A stretch of DNA of 64,000 nucleotides from Macrostomum hystrix. Its lineage: Eukaryota > Animalia > Platyhelminthes. Positions within the stretch are counted from its first letter, which is position 1. Every line of letters begins with the position of its first letter. Positions 35,266-46,968 of this stretch are shown here, piece after piece. The DNA lies in contig CATNEN010000039.1 in the NCBI GenBank assembly GCA_950097015.1, positions 14,880,001 to 14,944,000 on the forward strand, given 5' to 3'. Under the pieces are notes generated by a model. The model saw only the letters and a program-made list of their open reading frames with translations. It searched no databases and was not told where the DNA came from. The position numbers and the translations under genes are program-made.

Positions 35266-35531
35266 ATACATTCAACTCATCAATTCAATGCTTTCAATAC
35301 ATTCAACTCATCAATTCAATGCTTTCAATACATTCAACACATCAATTCAATGCTTTCAATACATTCAACTCATCAATTCAATGCTTTCAATACATTCAAC
35401 TCATCAATTCAATGCTTTCAATACATTCAACACATCAATTCAATGCTTTCAATACATTCAACACATCAATTCAATGCTTTCAATACATTCAACACATCAA
35501 TTCAATGCTTTCAATACATTCAACACATCAA
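35266..35531. repeat. 31-bp VNTR just downstream of the copy 3 stop codon (~8.5 units; ~4.5 at 30991-31131; ~1.5 at 15709-15756)
   Basis: Unit ATACATTCAAC[AT]CATCAATTCAATGCTTTCA. Confidence 0.95.
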
Positions 35532-35561
35532 ACACAACATTAAAAACTGTTAGCGCAAAGT

Positions 35562-36943
35562 CTACAGCGCTGGCAGCAGCATCGCTAGCAGTATCGTGCA
35601 GCCCAACAGTACGGATACGAACAGCGAATTCTGGTGCCTAGCACCCGCGGCAGTCGGGGTTGCACCCGCGGCAGTCGGGATTGCACCCGCGGCAGTCGTG
35701 GTTGCACCCGCAGCAGTCGGGATTGCGCCCGCAGCAGTCGGGATTGCACCCGCAGCAGTCGGGATTGCACCCGCAGCAGTCGGGATTGCACCCGCGGCAG
35801 TCGTGGTTGCACCCGCAGCAGTCGGGATTGCACCCGCGGCAGTCGTGGTTGCACCCGCGGCAGTCGGGGTTGCACCCGCAGCAGTCGGTATTGCACCCGC
35901 GGCAGTCGTGGTTGCACCCGCGGCAGTCGTGGTTGCACCCGCAGCAGTCGGGATTGCACCCGCAGCAGTCGTGGTTGCACCCGCGGCAGTCGTGGATGCA
36001 CCCGCAGCAGTCGGGATTGCACCCGCGGCAGTCGTGGTTGCACCCGCGGCAGTCGTGGATGCACCCGCAGCAGTCGGGATTGCACCCGCAGCAGTCGGGA
36101 TTGCACCCGCGGCAGTCGTGGATGCACCCGCAGCAGTCGGGGTTGCACCCACGGCAGTCGTGGTTGCACCCGCAGCAGTCGGGGTTGCGCCTGCAGCAGT
36201 CGGGGTTTCACCCGCGGCAGTCGTGGTTGCAGGAGGAGTGTACATCCGTAATGAGCTACAATCAGACTTTGCTGCGTTTGGAGTGCATTCGTAGCGTTCC
36301 ATCTTCCGAGGATTCTTATCTCTCGAGTAGTAGTTATACATCAGGTTGATATACATTTCACAGCCGATAATTGTAACATAGCCCCTGTCTTTGGGGGCTA
36401 TGAAGTCCAATTTAAGGCACTTTTCTGATGGAGGGCAAAATATTTCAGATGGAAATTCTGGCGCCCAATTGACCTTCCATTTTTTGTAGTGAAGGCATGG
36501 TACCTGATCGCGTTCTAGATCGTTGGTCAAGTTAAATACACTCGCTTTATTGCATTTGTCACCCGTGCAGTCTTTGCAATATTTTGTAGCAGGACAGGCG
36601 CCACAACCATATTTCAGTCGCTAAAAAAGTTTCCGCATAGGGCAAAATTTATAGGGCGAACTGTTGCTTTATGATTTTGAATTGATATGCTAATTAAATT
36701 AGTTTAATTCATTCGGTCGCTCACCACTTCGGTACGAGAAAAAACAGTTGAAGCTTCAGGATGATATTCCACTTTACACTTGGTGTCTTTGGCAGGAGTA
36801 CAATCTGTATCAGTATCGTCATTCTTATATTCATAAAATGGTACTTTATGATTCCTCGACCAGATACATTTAATACAATCAGCCAGCTGAATGCCTCCAA
36901 GTGCAAGAAACACGCCAACAATAACCAGCTTCATAGTCGTCAT
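35562..36943 (-). CDS. Surface-protein family copy 3 (425 aa, 28 stalk heptads, GPI-type tail); exons 36943-36725 and 36620-35562
   Basis: 104-nt intron differs by 1 nt from copy 1; ectodomain is closest to copy 1. Confidence 0.88.
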
Positions 36944-37188
36944 GATTGCCAGCTTCGATTCCGAATAACCCAGTTAGATTTGGTCGATTAGCTGGCAGGT
37001 GGCAGTTGAACTGCAGTCAATTCTTGATCCGATTTGCAACGGCTGAGTAGAATCGGCCAGAATGCTCAGTCGAGTGTTGTCAGTTGTTGGATTTGATTCT
37101 TCGTTTCGGGCCGCTGCCCCTTCAATATGCTGCAGAAAATGCAGGTGCGAGCCGGCTCGGTCTATGGCAGCGCTGGCTGATACAGGGG

Positions 37189-38096
37189 ATCGTCCTGGAT
37201 CGTCTCTCCCGGTTTCCGCCGCATGTCGCTCCAGAACCGGAAGCGCTCCCGCACAATGAAGCGCTTGGCGTCATACTGTTCATCCATGAATTTCCCAATC
37301 TGGTCCATTGTGAGCTTGTTGATCTCCTTCGGCGGCGTCTGCTGTCCTGCTAAGTTCGAGAGAAGCTTGTAGGTGGACGGAGACTGGTTCGTCAGGAACA
37401 CCTGGGCCTTCTTGTCATCGGGTATGGAGTTCGCACCCGTGAAAGTGTTGAATCTGGCCAAGTAGTCGGGCCAAAGCTCGGACGTGAAGTCGAATGGCGA
37501 AAAACTCGGAGTTGACGTCGTAAAGTGTGTCGCCAAAACCGCAGCCTGGGACTGGCTGCCTGTAGGCTGTAGAGACCGGATGAGGTCTAGCAATAACTGC
37601 CGGTCAGCTTCACGCTGGCGACGATCTTCCTCCATCTGCTGCTGTAGAAGTGTGATTACTTCTTCGCTATCGGGCATGATGGTTGCAGCTTGATCCTTCG
37701 TTCAGTAGTGACTGTCGTTGCAAATCAGACGTCCTCGAAGTTGATCAAGATCCTGCTTGCGACGCCTGAAAATCCCTGTTGTATCTTTAATAACTGACGC
37801 AACGGAGATTCCGATTTGTAGAGTAATAAGGAAAACACGCCAATAGGCGGCACTCGGCAGGCAGACGAATAGGAGTGTGTATTTGATATATTATAGCAGT
37901 CGGCGTACGAAAAATATACATGAGTGCAGGGGTCGGGGGCTTTTATTGATAGGCCCAAAGGCATGGGGAAGAGCTTTCTAGGAAGTTACTAAAAATAGAC
38001 TACGCGGGAAGTTTCTGAAACAAAAGTGTATGGACTTACGCCTTACGACAAAGAATAGAAATTTCTGGAAAGTTCCTGGGAATTACAACAACAACA
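37189..38096 (-). mobile_element. gag: 3'-truncated Gypsy element C: LTR (~37777-38096), PBS-like site and gag N-terminus (37677-37189)
   Basis: TGTTG...CAACA ends; GGCGTCGCAAGCAGG resembles the PBS of element A; gag FSPFDFTSELWPDYLARF..FIVRERFRFW. Confidence 0.82.
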
Positions 38097-38475
38097 GTCT
38101 CAACACTTACCCTCCTTTTCTTTCTTATCTTTGTCCCTTCCTCTTCGTTTCGCTGCTGCTTTCGCGAAGTTTGTGCCTCTCTCGTGCTTCTTTGTTCGTG
38201 CTTTGGGGGCACAAAATGACTACTTTCAAACATCAAGCCAGGTTTAACTGATCATTGTGCAGCTTGCATGGAGTGTTAAAAAAATTCGGAGCAGATATAT
38301 ATATTTATTTGGTCACAAAATATGATAATCCAGGCATGCTTGGGATTTGCTACGGAAATCGGTCAGTGTTTGCTATTGAGAGGAGGCTTTTAGAGTCTTG
38401 ATATTTTCAGCACATTTTCATACAACTTTCAATACAAGTTGTCAGAACTTTCAATACATTCAATACGCTCGTACA

Positions 38476-39278
38476 TCAAAAAATGAAAGAATAAAGCTTA
38501 AATCGCCAAATAAGCAGCGCAATCAGAATCGCTATCAGCATCGCGCAGCCCAGCAGTACGGCTACGAACAGCCAATTCACCCCAGAAGTCGTGGTTGTAG
38601 GCGGAGTGTACATTCCTAATTTGATACAACCAGTTTTTTCTGCGTTTGGTCTGCATTCGTAGCGTTTAAATGCTTTTGCAGCGCGAAAATTACTGTTGAT
38701 CCAATTTTCACAGCCGATATATTCAAATCGCACATGCCGAAGAATCTGAACAGCTTGAAAGCACTTTTCTGATGGAGGGCAAAAGGATTCAGCAGCTCGT
38801 GGTCTAGACGATGTAAGCATCTGGTTGTTAAGGCATGGTACCAGATCACGTTCAAGATCATTGATTAAGTTTAATACACTCGCTCCATTGCAGTTACTAC
38901 CCTCGCAGTCTTTGCAATATTTTGTACTGTGACAGGCGCCGCAACCATATTTCAGTCTCTGAAAAAGTTTCCGCATAGGGCAAAATTTATAGGGCAAACT
39001 GTTGCTTTATGATTTCGAGTTGATATGCTAATTAAATTAGTTTAATTCATTCGGTCGCTCACCACTTCTTCTTCTTCTTCAATTCTAGGATCATATTCCA
39101 CTTTACACTTGGTGATGCCTGGAAGACAATTTGTTTCAACAGAATCCATTGAACTATCCTTATACATAGAAAATTTTGATAACCTATTGTGCGACCAGAT
39201 ACATGTAATACAATCAGCCAGCTGAATGCCTCCAATTGCAAGAAACACGCAAACAATAACCAGCTTCATAGTCGTCAT
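38476..39278 (-). CDS. Surface-protein family copy 4 (232 aa, no stalk, TM helix and short tail); exons 39278-39063 and 38958-38476
   Basis: 104-nt GTGAGC..TTTCAG intron and the same Cys scaffold. Ends PPTTTTSGVNWLFVAVLLGCAMLIAILIALLIWRFKLYSFIF. Confidence 0.86.
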
Positions 39279-42200
39279 GATTGCCAGCTTCGATTCCGAA
39301 TAGCCCAGTTAGATTTGGTCGATTAGCTGGCAGGTGGCAGTTGAACTGCAGTCAATTCTTGATCCGATTTGCAACGGCTGAGTAGAATCGGCCAGAATGC
39401 TTAGTCGAGTGTTGTCAGTTGTTGGATTTGATTTTTCGTTTCGGGCCGCTGCCCCTTCAATATGCTGCAGAAAATACAGGTCCGAGCCGGCTCGGTCTAT
39501 GGCAGCGCTGGCTGACACAGGGGTGCCCGCCTTTTGTCTATGGCAAATTTCAGCTCTACTTTGCTTTTTCATGCATGACTTTTCTGAGATGAACTTTTGT
39601 GTTGTACTATTAGAAATCTTTCTAGCTTATTGGAGTTTCTCTCTAACAAAGAAGCATTGCACTTTACTACTGAAATGGGTGGGTCTTTTTGCAATCCGAT
39701 GTTCTGTCCTCGCGGAAGATAGGAGTGTGTGGACGGCGATAGAGTCAAAGTCATAGCGCAACGCCTCGCGAGTTGTCGCGGAAAGAGGGATGAAGGGAGA
39801 GATGAAGGGAGAGACAGTGGATGCAGGGAGTGGTCCTATTGGCCTCAGGCTGGCCAGTCCCACTCGTCCCATAGGCCACAGGCATGACTGCCGTGCCTAC
39901 CCCAAGCAATGCTCGAACCCGGCTGAAAGTCTAAGGAGGTGTCGGACTACCCGAAAGCAGATAGGACAGGGCTAGAGAGTCTACTGTCGTCAGTAGCATG
40001 TAAATAACTGACTCCTAACCTTGGTAGCAGTGGTCGACTCGGCCTAGGCTCTTGTCATAGAAATGCGGAAAGGCTATCGGCAAAGCGGAAAAGATGATCT
40101 AGGGTAGCGCCACCACCCAATGCGCCTACGTCGCCACCGCAGACATTTGGGGACTTGGGTCCCCGGAGTACACAGCTCCCAGTTTATCACACAAATCTAG
40201 ACAAGCCGAAAAATGGGCATTCTGCAACTTCCGTTTTAGACTGGGGCGAGAGCCCCAGAATGGATCGAGACACGCCTCAACAGGGGATTCCTGAATTCGC
40301 GCTACAGGGGTCTAGAAAGGTGGTACTAAGAACTTGAATGAGAATCCGTAGCCAGAATCCTACTCATGAGACATTAGACACATTCTGTACATTAGACTGC
40401 AGCCTACGCATTAAGTAACTAGCAAATCCGAGTCTGTGTGAGTTGAGGAAATCAGAGACTGGAGAGATTAAGCAGAACACTGGCTGAGTGATTATGCAAG
40501 CGAAAGATTAATTGATCATCACCCTCGCTTCCGTGTGGCGGCAGTTGCGAAAGGCGGGGAACAGAGGGGAAACTCGATTGGCAGGGGAGTTTGACACGTA
40601 CTCCTTGATCCGCCAGGAAGAGAGGAAAAACCCGCCAAGGAATTCCCCACCCCTAGCAGAGAAACACATGCTACACTCCGCATTTTACTCGCGAAACCCT
40701 AGCTCCTTATTACTCGCATGCGCGCTTACAGTTGCCTTCCTGCCGCAGCTTTCAGCTCGGCATCGCCAGAGCCCACCCCCTAATGAGTTAGCCACTCATG
40801 ATCGAGGGCTGTCTAAAGATAAAATAAAAATAAGAGAACGGCATAGTGAAGGGATTTATTGTTATTAAAATTGGCCTAGTAATTAAGTGATCGGCAAGTA
40901 GATTGTCTGTGTATTAAGTCACCAATCCTAAGTTTTCCCTCCCACTAATTGGCCGCCTAACTAAAAGTACTAGTCCCTTAGGAGTAATAATCACAAGCCG
41001 CTGCGCGGGTTACTTATCTGAAGTCGCTTGGCCGCGTGCTGCAGTCCCGTCGTTCTCGGGGGAAGGTAGGGCAAAACAAAAAAGGCAGAGAAGGGGAAAC
41101 TATTGCGAATTGGCAGGGGCCAACACGCTAGGAGCTCAGAGGCTCAATTTAGTGCTCACCTAACGAGGTGGCTTACGCTTAGGGGATTGGGAGCAGGCAA
41201 TGGGCCTGTGATAGCTGAGCAGAGCTCGGGGCTCAAGGATCTAAGCCCTACGTGGGTCCGGGATATGAGTCCGAGATCCGGGGGGGAGTCCGGCTCCGAA
41301 GGGTGGGAGGTCAAGGGTTCCAAGAGGGAGCAGCGCAGCGCGCTTGCTTAAATAGTCCTGCAGCACGCCAACCCCGACATCCATCAAAACAACCCACATT
41401 CGCGCCAGCCTGTCAACGGGGAATCGAAGCGGCGATGGGCCGCCCCGATTACCCAATGAACCGACGGCGAGAAACGACAGATGCTCCTCGAGAGCAGCTG
41501 CCGGCAGACGGCCAATGATTGTTACACCGCCGGGACAATGGGAAGCGCAGGCGCCGACCTGCCTACAGTGACATTTACATGTATCTAAGAGGAGGAAGGT
41601 CATAAAGTCGAGCTGGGCTCGAATACTGTAAAGAAGTGGGGACATGAAGAATTAATGATCACTCATAACGCCCGAGTGATTCCCAATAACTGATAGGGGT
41701 TTGGAGGGGAATTATGACCTAAACTACTCATACAATAGAAGTTATGGCCGCGTTCAGTCATTCCTACAGGGGTCTAGACAGATCCAGGGAAAAGGGATTC
41801 GACGGCTACTTAATTCACCGCCGCCCCAAACCCGGCCCTAAGATTAATGATCTTGTTTGCGGCCAGCTGCTATGTGGATCGCAATTATTAGATACTTAAA
41901 AATTTGAAAAATTATGCTGGCTCACATTCCCACTCGATTCCCGCAGCACACTCCACATCACTACACCTTTTCCCGTTCAATTTCAACGAATCTGCGCTGC
42001 AATTTAGACAACTTGTCATTCATTTTCGACACAATTTTATTTTTATACCTTCAGTTGGAAGTTTAAATTAGACAAAGCTGACTTCAATATAAAATACGAT
42101 AGCTTATTTAATCGTTAAAAAATTGTACTATTCTGTGCCGGGAATGTGTTGTCTATGGTAATTTTTGGTGAAATTATTTTTCGCTACGCTCGCCTCGAGA

Positions 42201-44199
42201 CCATTAAACGCAGCCTCACATTCTAACCACAGAATGTGAATTAAACGGCGTTTATTATTTACTGAAACAGCAGATATTCGATTTAGACAATTCCTCATTG
42301 AGAGCGATTTGTCTATGGTAAAATTTCTAGTAACTAGGTCTAAGTGCAGTCCGGAAAAATTTCCAACGAGGGGCGAAGCAAGCGAAGCGAGTACCTCATC
42401 GTTGGCAGTTTTTTTTCGGATAAACAAGACCGAGATAAGATTGCCCGGAGACTCACCCAACGTAACATCAACGTTTTTAGAAACTAAAATTGATGCAGAA
42501 TTAAAACCACTTGAGATAAAACCATGGGTGACCCCTCTATAGACGTAAAACATTTAGGGCTACAAGATAAGCGACCTGAAATTTCCATAGCAACGCGTCT
42601 TGGTTGCCATGGCAACGAAAAAGTGACTTTTTTGAGACCCGTCGAAATCTTGAATCTCAAAAAATAAGGATTTACAATATAGAGTAAAAAATTGATTGAA
42701 CCTAACTTTTTGCGAATTTTCGGACCTACAAGACACTGATTGGTTATTTTCCGCTAAATGCTTACCTTGACAGCTGTTATTCTGTAAAAGTGTGGTTTTC
42801 AAATGTCGAAAAATGTGCATTTTTCCAACTTTCAACTTTCATCATACTAACGATGGCACCTGGGACTGTTACATGACGCACGACTTTAAACAAGATACTC
42901 GCTTTAACTGTACATTCGCACCTGTTAATAACATTCGAATATTCGACGGGTAGGTATTCGTATAGCGCTTCAAGTTTTATGTCTCTTCTTCACTTGTAGT
43001 TTTCCTATAGTTTGTCTAGCGGTTTATTGCAGTCTAAAAGTCTTGACGGCTATAACTCCTACGACTATCGATACTCAGTATACCGGTTGGTCGTAGTGAT
43101 CTCTCTAGATCGTTATCGCTGATTCTACTTAAGAAAGAACGCAAAAACTGATTTTCTAGTAAGTTTATCTAAACGGAGCTCAAAGTGAGTCTCTAACTAA
43201 CTCGCGCGGCGAATCTTTTTCCGCGCTCCGCACCGATATATATAGTGTCTTTGAAACCCCTCGATCCGAGGGGGAGATAATACCATAGCAACAGTACGCA
43301 TGAGAATTGGGGGTGAGTGAGGTCGCAGCCTCGAGTCTAGTACAGTTATTATCATTAAACTAGTTGGTTGGCAGGCACGCCAACCCCTTTTCTTTCATCG
43401 ATCCCGCTTTCTTGTGCGGTCTCGGCCTCCTCCCGATCTCGTTCCCGATCGGGTCCGGGCGGCTCCAGTTTCGGCTGGGTTGGGTCGATGCAGGCAGCTG
43501 CAGGTCGGGACAGGCCGGGTTGATTCCGGGAGCTCCACGTCAGCACAGCTGCGTTCCGGTCTCGGGCCATTCCACGTCAGCACAGCTGCGGATCCGGTCT
43601 CCAGCAGCTCCACGTCGGCACAGCTGCTGTCCTGCCGAACCGGGCCTGCGCTGAAATGAATAGTTGATCTCTGGGGGCGGATTTTGTCTAATCATTCTCC
43701 TTTCGGTTGCTCGTACTTTCTGCTGTTGCTATTTTTGGCTTTTGCTTCCTACTAACGCCCACTTAAATTCCATTCAGATTTCTAAGTCTTATAATTCGAA
43801 CCAAATAGAGGAAATTGAAACTTGTTGCGAGACTCCAAAAAGTACATGAATGCGGTAATTTAGGTAAGATCTACATGTTTATAATATACACTTTGAGCCG
43901 TATTCGTGTGCGTGCGTGCGTGCGTGTAATTGATTTTTTCGAGAATGCCTGGACACAATTTTTTTAATTCCTGCTTTGTTTAATCAGAATTTTTCGGGAT
44001 CGCTGCACATATTTTAATTTGCTTCACTTGCAGGGGACGTTAGTCTATTAAGCCAAAAAACTTCTTTTTTAGTGCTTCAGATAGGCCAGGACATTGTGGG
44101 TCATTTGCTTGACTGCCGATTTTGTTCCATTGTATGAGAGCGTCGTTAGGATCAGAGCCAGTTTTGTCAACGTGCATACCACTTCCAATTTTAATGATT

Positions 44200-45330
44200 T
44201 TATTATAATTATTATTATTATTATTAAAACGCGCACGCCATCTATGGGTGCTGATTTTTTTTATATATATTTTTTAACAACAAATTTAAATGAACAACGA
44301 AAAGCAACATAAAAAGCGAAGTTTAGTAGGAATCAAATATCGAGCTGGGAAGGGAAAGCAAAGGTATTAAAAATAAGAGCAGTAAAAACACAAGGGACGC
44401 CAGGGATAAAACAAAATATGAAATATCTATTGTTGAATGCTAGTAAGATCTCGTAGTCTCAGGGCAGCTGTTCCCTTATTTTAGATATTTCTATGATGTA
44501 TTTTGCTAAAGCTTCAGCGGTTTCCCTATCGTCTTGAGCCATTATGTAGTTAGATTTCTCTTCTGCTGGTAAGGATATGAAATTGGGGGTTTTCCCAGAA
44601 ATTTCCGTCTCAAATTTCGAACGTGCTCCGCAAACTTATTCCAAGTGCACTTAAAAAGGAAGTGGACCTCGTTTTCAACTTCTGTTTTGCACTTACTACA
44701 TAATCTATTCTCATACGGAATTTTCGGTCTCGCAGTTCGCAATGTTTCGCAAGCTAGCTTATGGTTTCCTAGTCTAAACGAGGCTATGGTACGTCTCAAC
44801 TCCGGGTTGTATATTTGTTGTAAATATTTTTCGGCTGAATAATATTGCTTGAAGGAGTAATAGAAGTGACTTAGCTTGCTTGATTTCTGTGTCCTTTGTC
44901 TCCAATGGGTATCGAACTGAGAAACGAAATTTTTCCTGTGGTTTCCAATTGCTTTTGCGGAACTAATGCCTCTGCAGTTCAGCATAACGTCATTGTTGGT
45001 CTTTGCTTTGATTCCAACATCACTGTATGTTGGGTCCGCCAATAAGTTGGAAATTATGGAGTCCGGCCGGCTTGTTATGGAGGCCCAGTACGAAATGCTT
45101 CTTTTCTGGATGTTGTATAATAAAGGCAATCTGCCTAACTCCGAGCGGGCCCTGTTGCCATCCGTATTTTGGCTGACTTGTAGTATGGCTTTACAGCACC
45201 TGATGTTTACTCTTTCAAAAAGACAGCGGTCCCAAGGACCCAGGTTCCACGAGACAAAAGCCCCCCAGGCCTCAGAGGCGTACAGAGCTATGCTTTCTAT
45301 CATTGCTGTGCAGTACAGCATGAGCTGATT
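44200..45330 (-). mobile_element. 5'-truncated LINE (RTE-X-like ORF2 C-terminus and 3' UTR with (AAT)n tail)
   Basis: LYASEAWG, SELGRLPL, RLGNHKL, RLCSKC..ENEVHFLFKC. Clade assignment is from motif memory only. Confidence 0.8.
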
Positions 45331-45589
45331 GTATCTGCATCTGCATCAATGATTGCATCAGGGCCAGTTTTGCTAAAAGTGAGTACACGGATAAAAATTT
45401 CAATGTGTCAAATGTACATAGCTGTGTCAACCCCACTACTGGCAAGACAGTCAGTGCGAATTCATAAATAGATTACATCACAGCTTCACAGAAGCATAGC
45501 AGACTTCAACTCAACGATATATTGCTCACATCTAGCGATATATTACTACAACATAACTAAATCATCAAACCTTGTCTCGATTTTAATAA

Positions 45590-45880
45590 AGAAAAGTGTC
45601 CAATAGTGTTTTAAATGTGTCTAACAGTTTTCTAAAAGTTTTTAACAGTATTCTAAATGTGTTTAAAAGGTTTCTAAAAGTGTTTAATAGTATTCTAAAT
45701 GGTTTTAACCGTTTTCTAAAAGTGTTTAACGGTTTTCTAAATGTGTTTACCAGTTTTTTAAACGTGTTCACCAGTATTCTAAATGTGTTTAACAGTTTTC
45801 TAAAAGTGATTAACAGTTTTCTAAAAGTGTTTAACATTTTTTCATATGTGTCCAAAAGTTTTCTAAAAGTGTCAAATAAT
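45590..45880. repeat. 21-bp minisatellite A (AAATGTGTTTAACAGTTTTCT); recurs at ~53170-53250
   Basis: Directly visible. Confidence 0.9.
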
Positions 45881-45944
45881 TACCACTTTTTTAATGCGTT
45901 TTTTAGTTTTTAAATATGTTGAACGGTTAATAATTGTTATTTGC

Positions 45945-46968
45945 TGCTGAGGGGACATTAGTTCTCTGCTGCTGGGGGGGAATTAGTTCTCTGCTGCTGG
46001 GGGGGGGAATGAGTTCTCTGCTGCTGGGGGGGAATTAGTTCTTTGCTGCTGGGGGGAATTAGTTCTTTGCTGCTGGGGGGGAATTAGTTCTCTGCTGCTG
46101 GGGGGAATTAGTTCTCTGCTGCTGGGGGGAATTAGTTCTCTGCTGCTGGGGGGAATTAGTTCTCTGCTGCTGGGGGGAATTAGTTCTTTGCTGCTGGGGG
46201 GGAATTACTTCTTTGCTGCTGGGGGGGAATTAGTTCTCTGCTGCTGGGGGGAATTAGTTCTCTGCTGCTGGGGGGAATTAGTTCTCTGCTGCTGGGGGGG
46301 AATTAGTTCTCTGCTGCTGGGGGGGGATGAGTTCTCTGCTGCTGGGGGGGAATTAGTTCTCTGCTGCTGGGGGGGGAATTAGTTCTCTGCTGCTGGGGGG
46401 AATTAGTTCTCTGCTGCTGGGGGGGATGAGTTCTCTGCTGCTGGGGGGAATTAGTTCTCTGCTGCTGGGGGGAATTAGTTCTCTGCTGCTGGGGGGAATG
46501 AGTTCTCTGCTGCTGGGGGGAATTAGTTCTCTGCTGCTGGGGGGAATTAGTTCTCTGCTGCTGGGGGGGAATGAGTTCTCTGCTGCTGGGGGGAATGAGT
46601 TCTTTGCTGCTGGGGGGAATGAGTTCTTTGCTGCTGGGGGGGGGAATGAATTCTCTGCTGCTGGGGGGAATGAGTTCTTTGCTGCTGGGGGGGAATTAGT
46701 TCTCTGCTGCTGGGGGGAATGAGTTCTCTGCTGCTGGGGGGAATTAGTTCTCTGCTGCTGGGGTGGGGATTAGTTCTCTGCTACTGGGGAGACACTAGTT
46801 TTTTACTGCTGAGGGGGAATTAGTTCTTTGCTGCTGGGGGGGAATTAGTTCTCTGCTGCTGGGGGGGGGAATGAGTTCTCTGCTGCTGGGGGGAATGAGT
46901 TCTTTGCTGCTGGGGGGAATTAGTTCTCTGCAGCTGGGGAGACACTGGTTTTTTACTGCTGAGGGGAT
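45945..46968. repeat. ~24-bp minisatellite B (GGGGGAATTAGTTCTCTGCTGCTG); recurs at 54025-54260
   Basis: Directly visible; G-run length varies. Confidence 0.95.

Larger units (their letters stand above)
33092..37188. repeat. Segmental duplicate of ~13722-17050 (Gmr1 INT-tail/RT fragment, spacer and family gene)
   Basis: Near-identical sequence. The RT copy (33581-34279) lacks 63 nt encoding AQLRSVLGVLNHYRRFVPGYS. Confidence 0.93.

Noticed and set aside
15811-36349. Alternative-frame and antisense ORFs over the 21-bp stalk repeats (RVQPRLP, HPRQSWL, CTRGSRG, CNHDCRG)
   Set aside because: Shadows of the coding minisatellite; only the TTTAAGA frame connects the Cys domains to the hydrophobic tail.
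39670-43660. Possible decayed LTR-element remnants (gag-like TDGEKRQMLLES near 41460; short repeats at 43520-43630)
   Set aside because: No LTR pair, TSD or continuous ORF could be established by eye.
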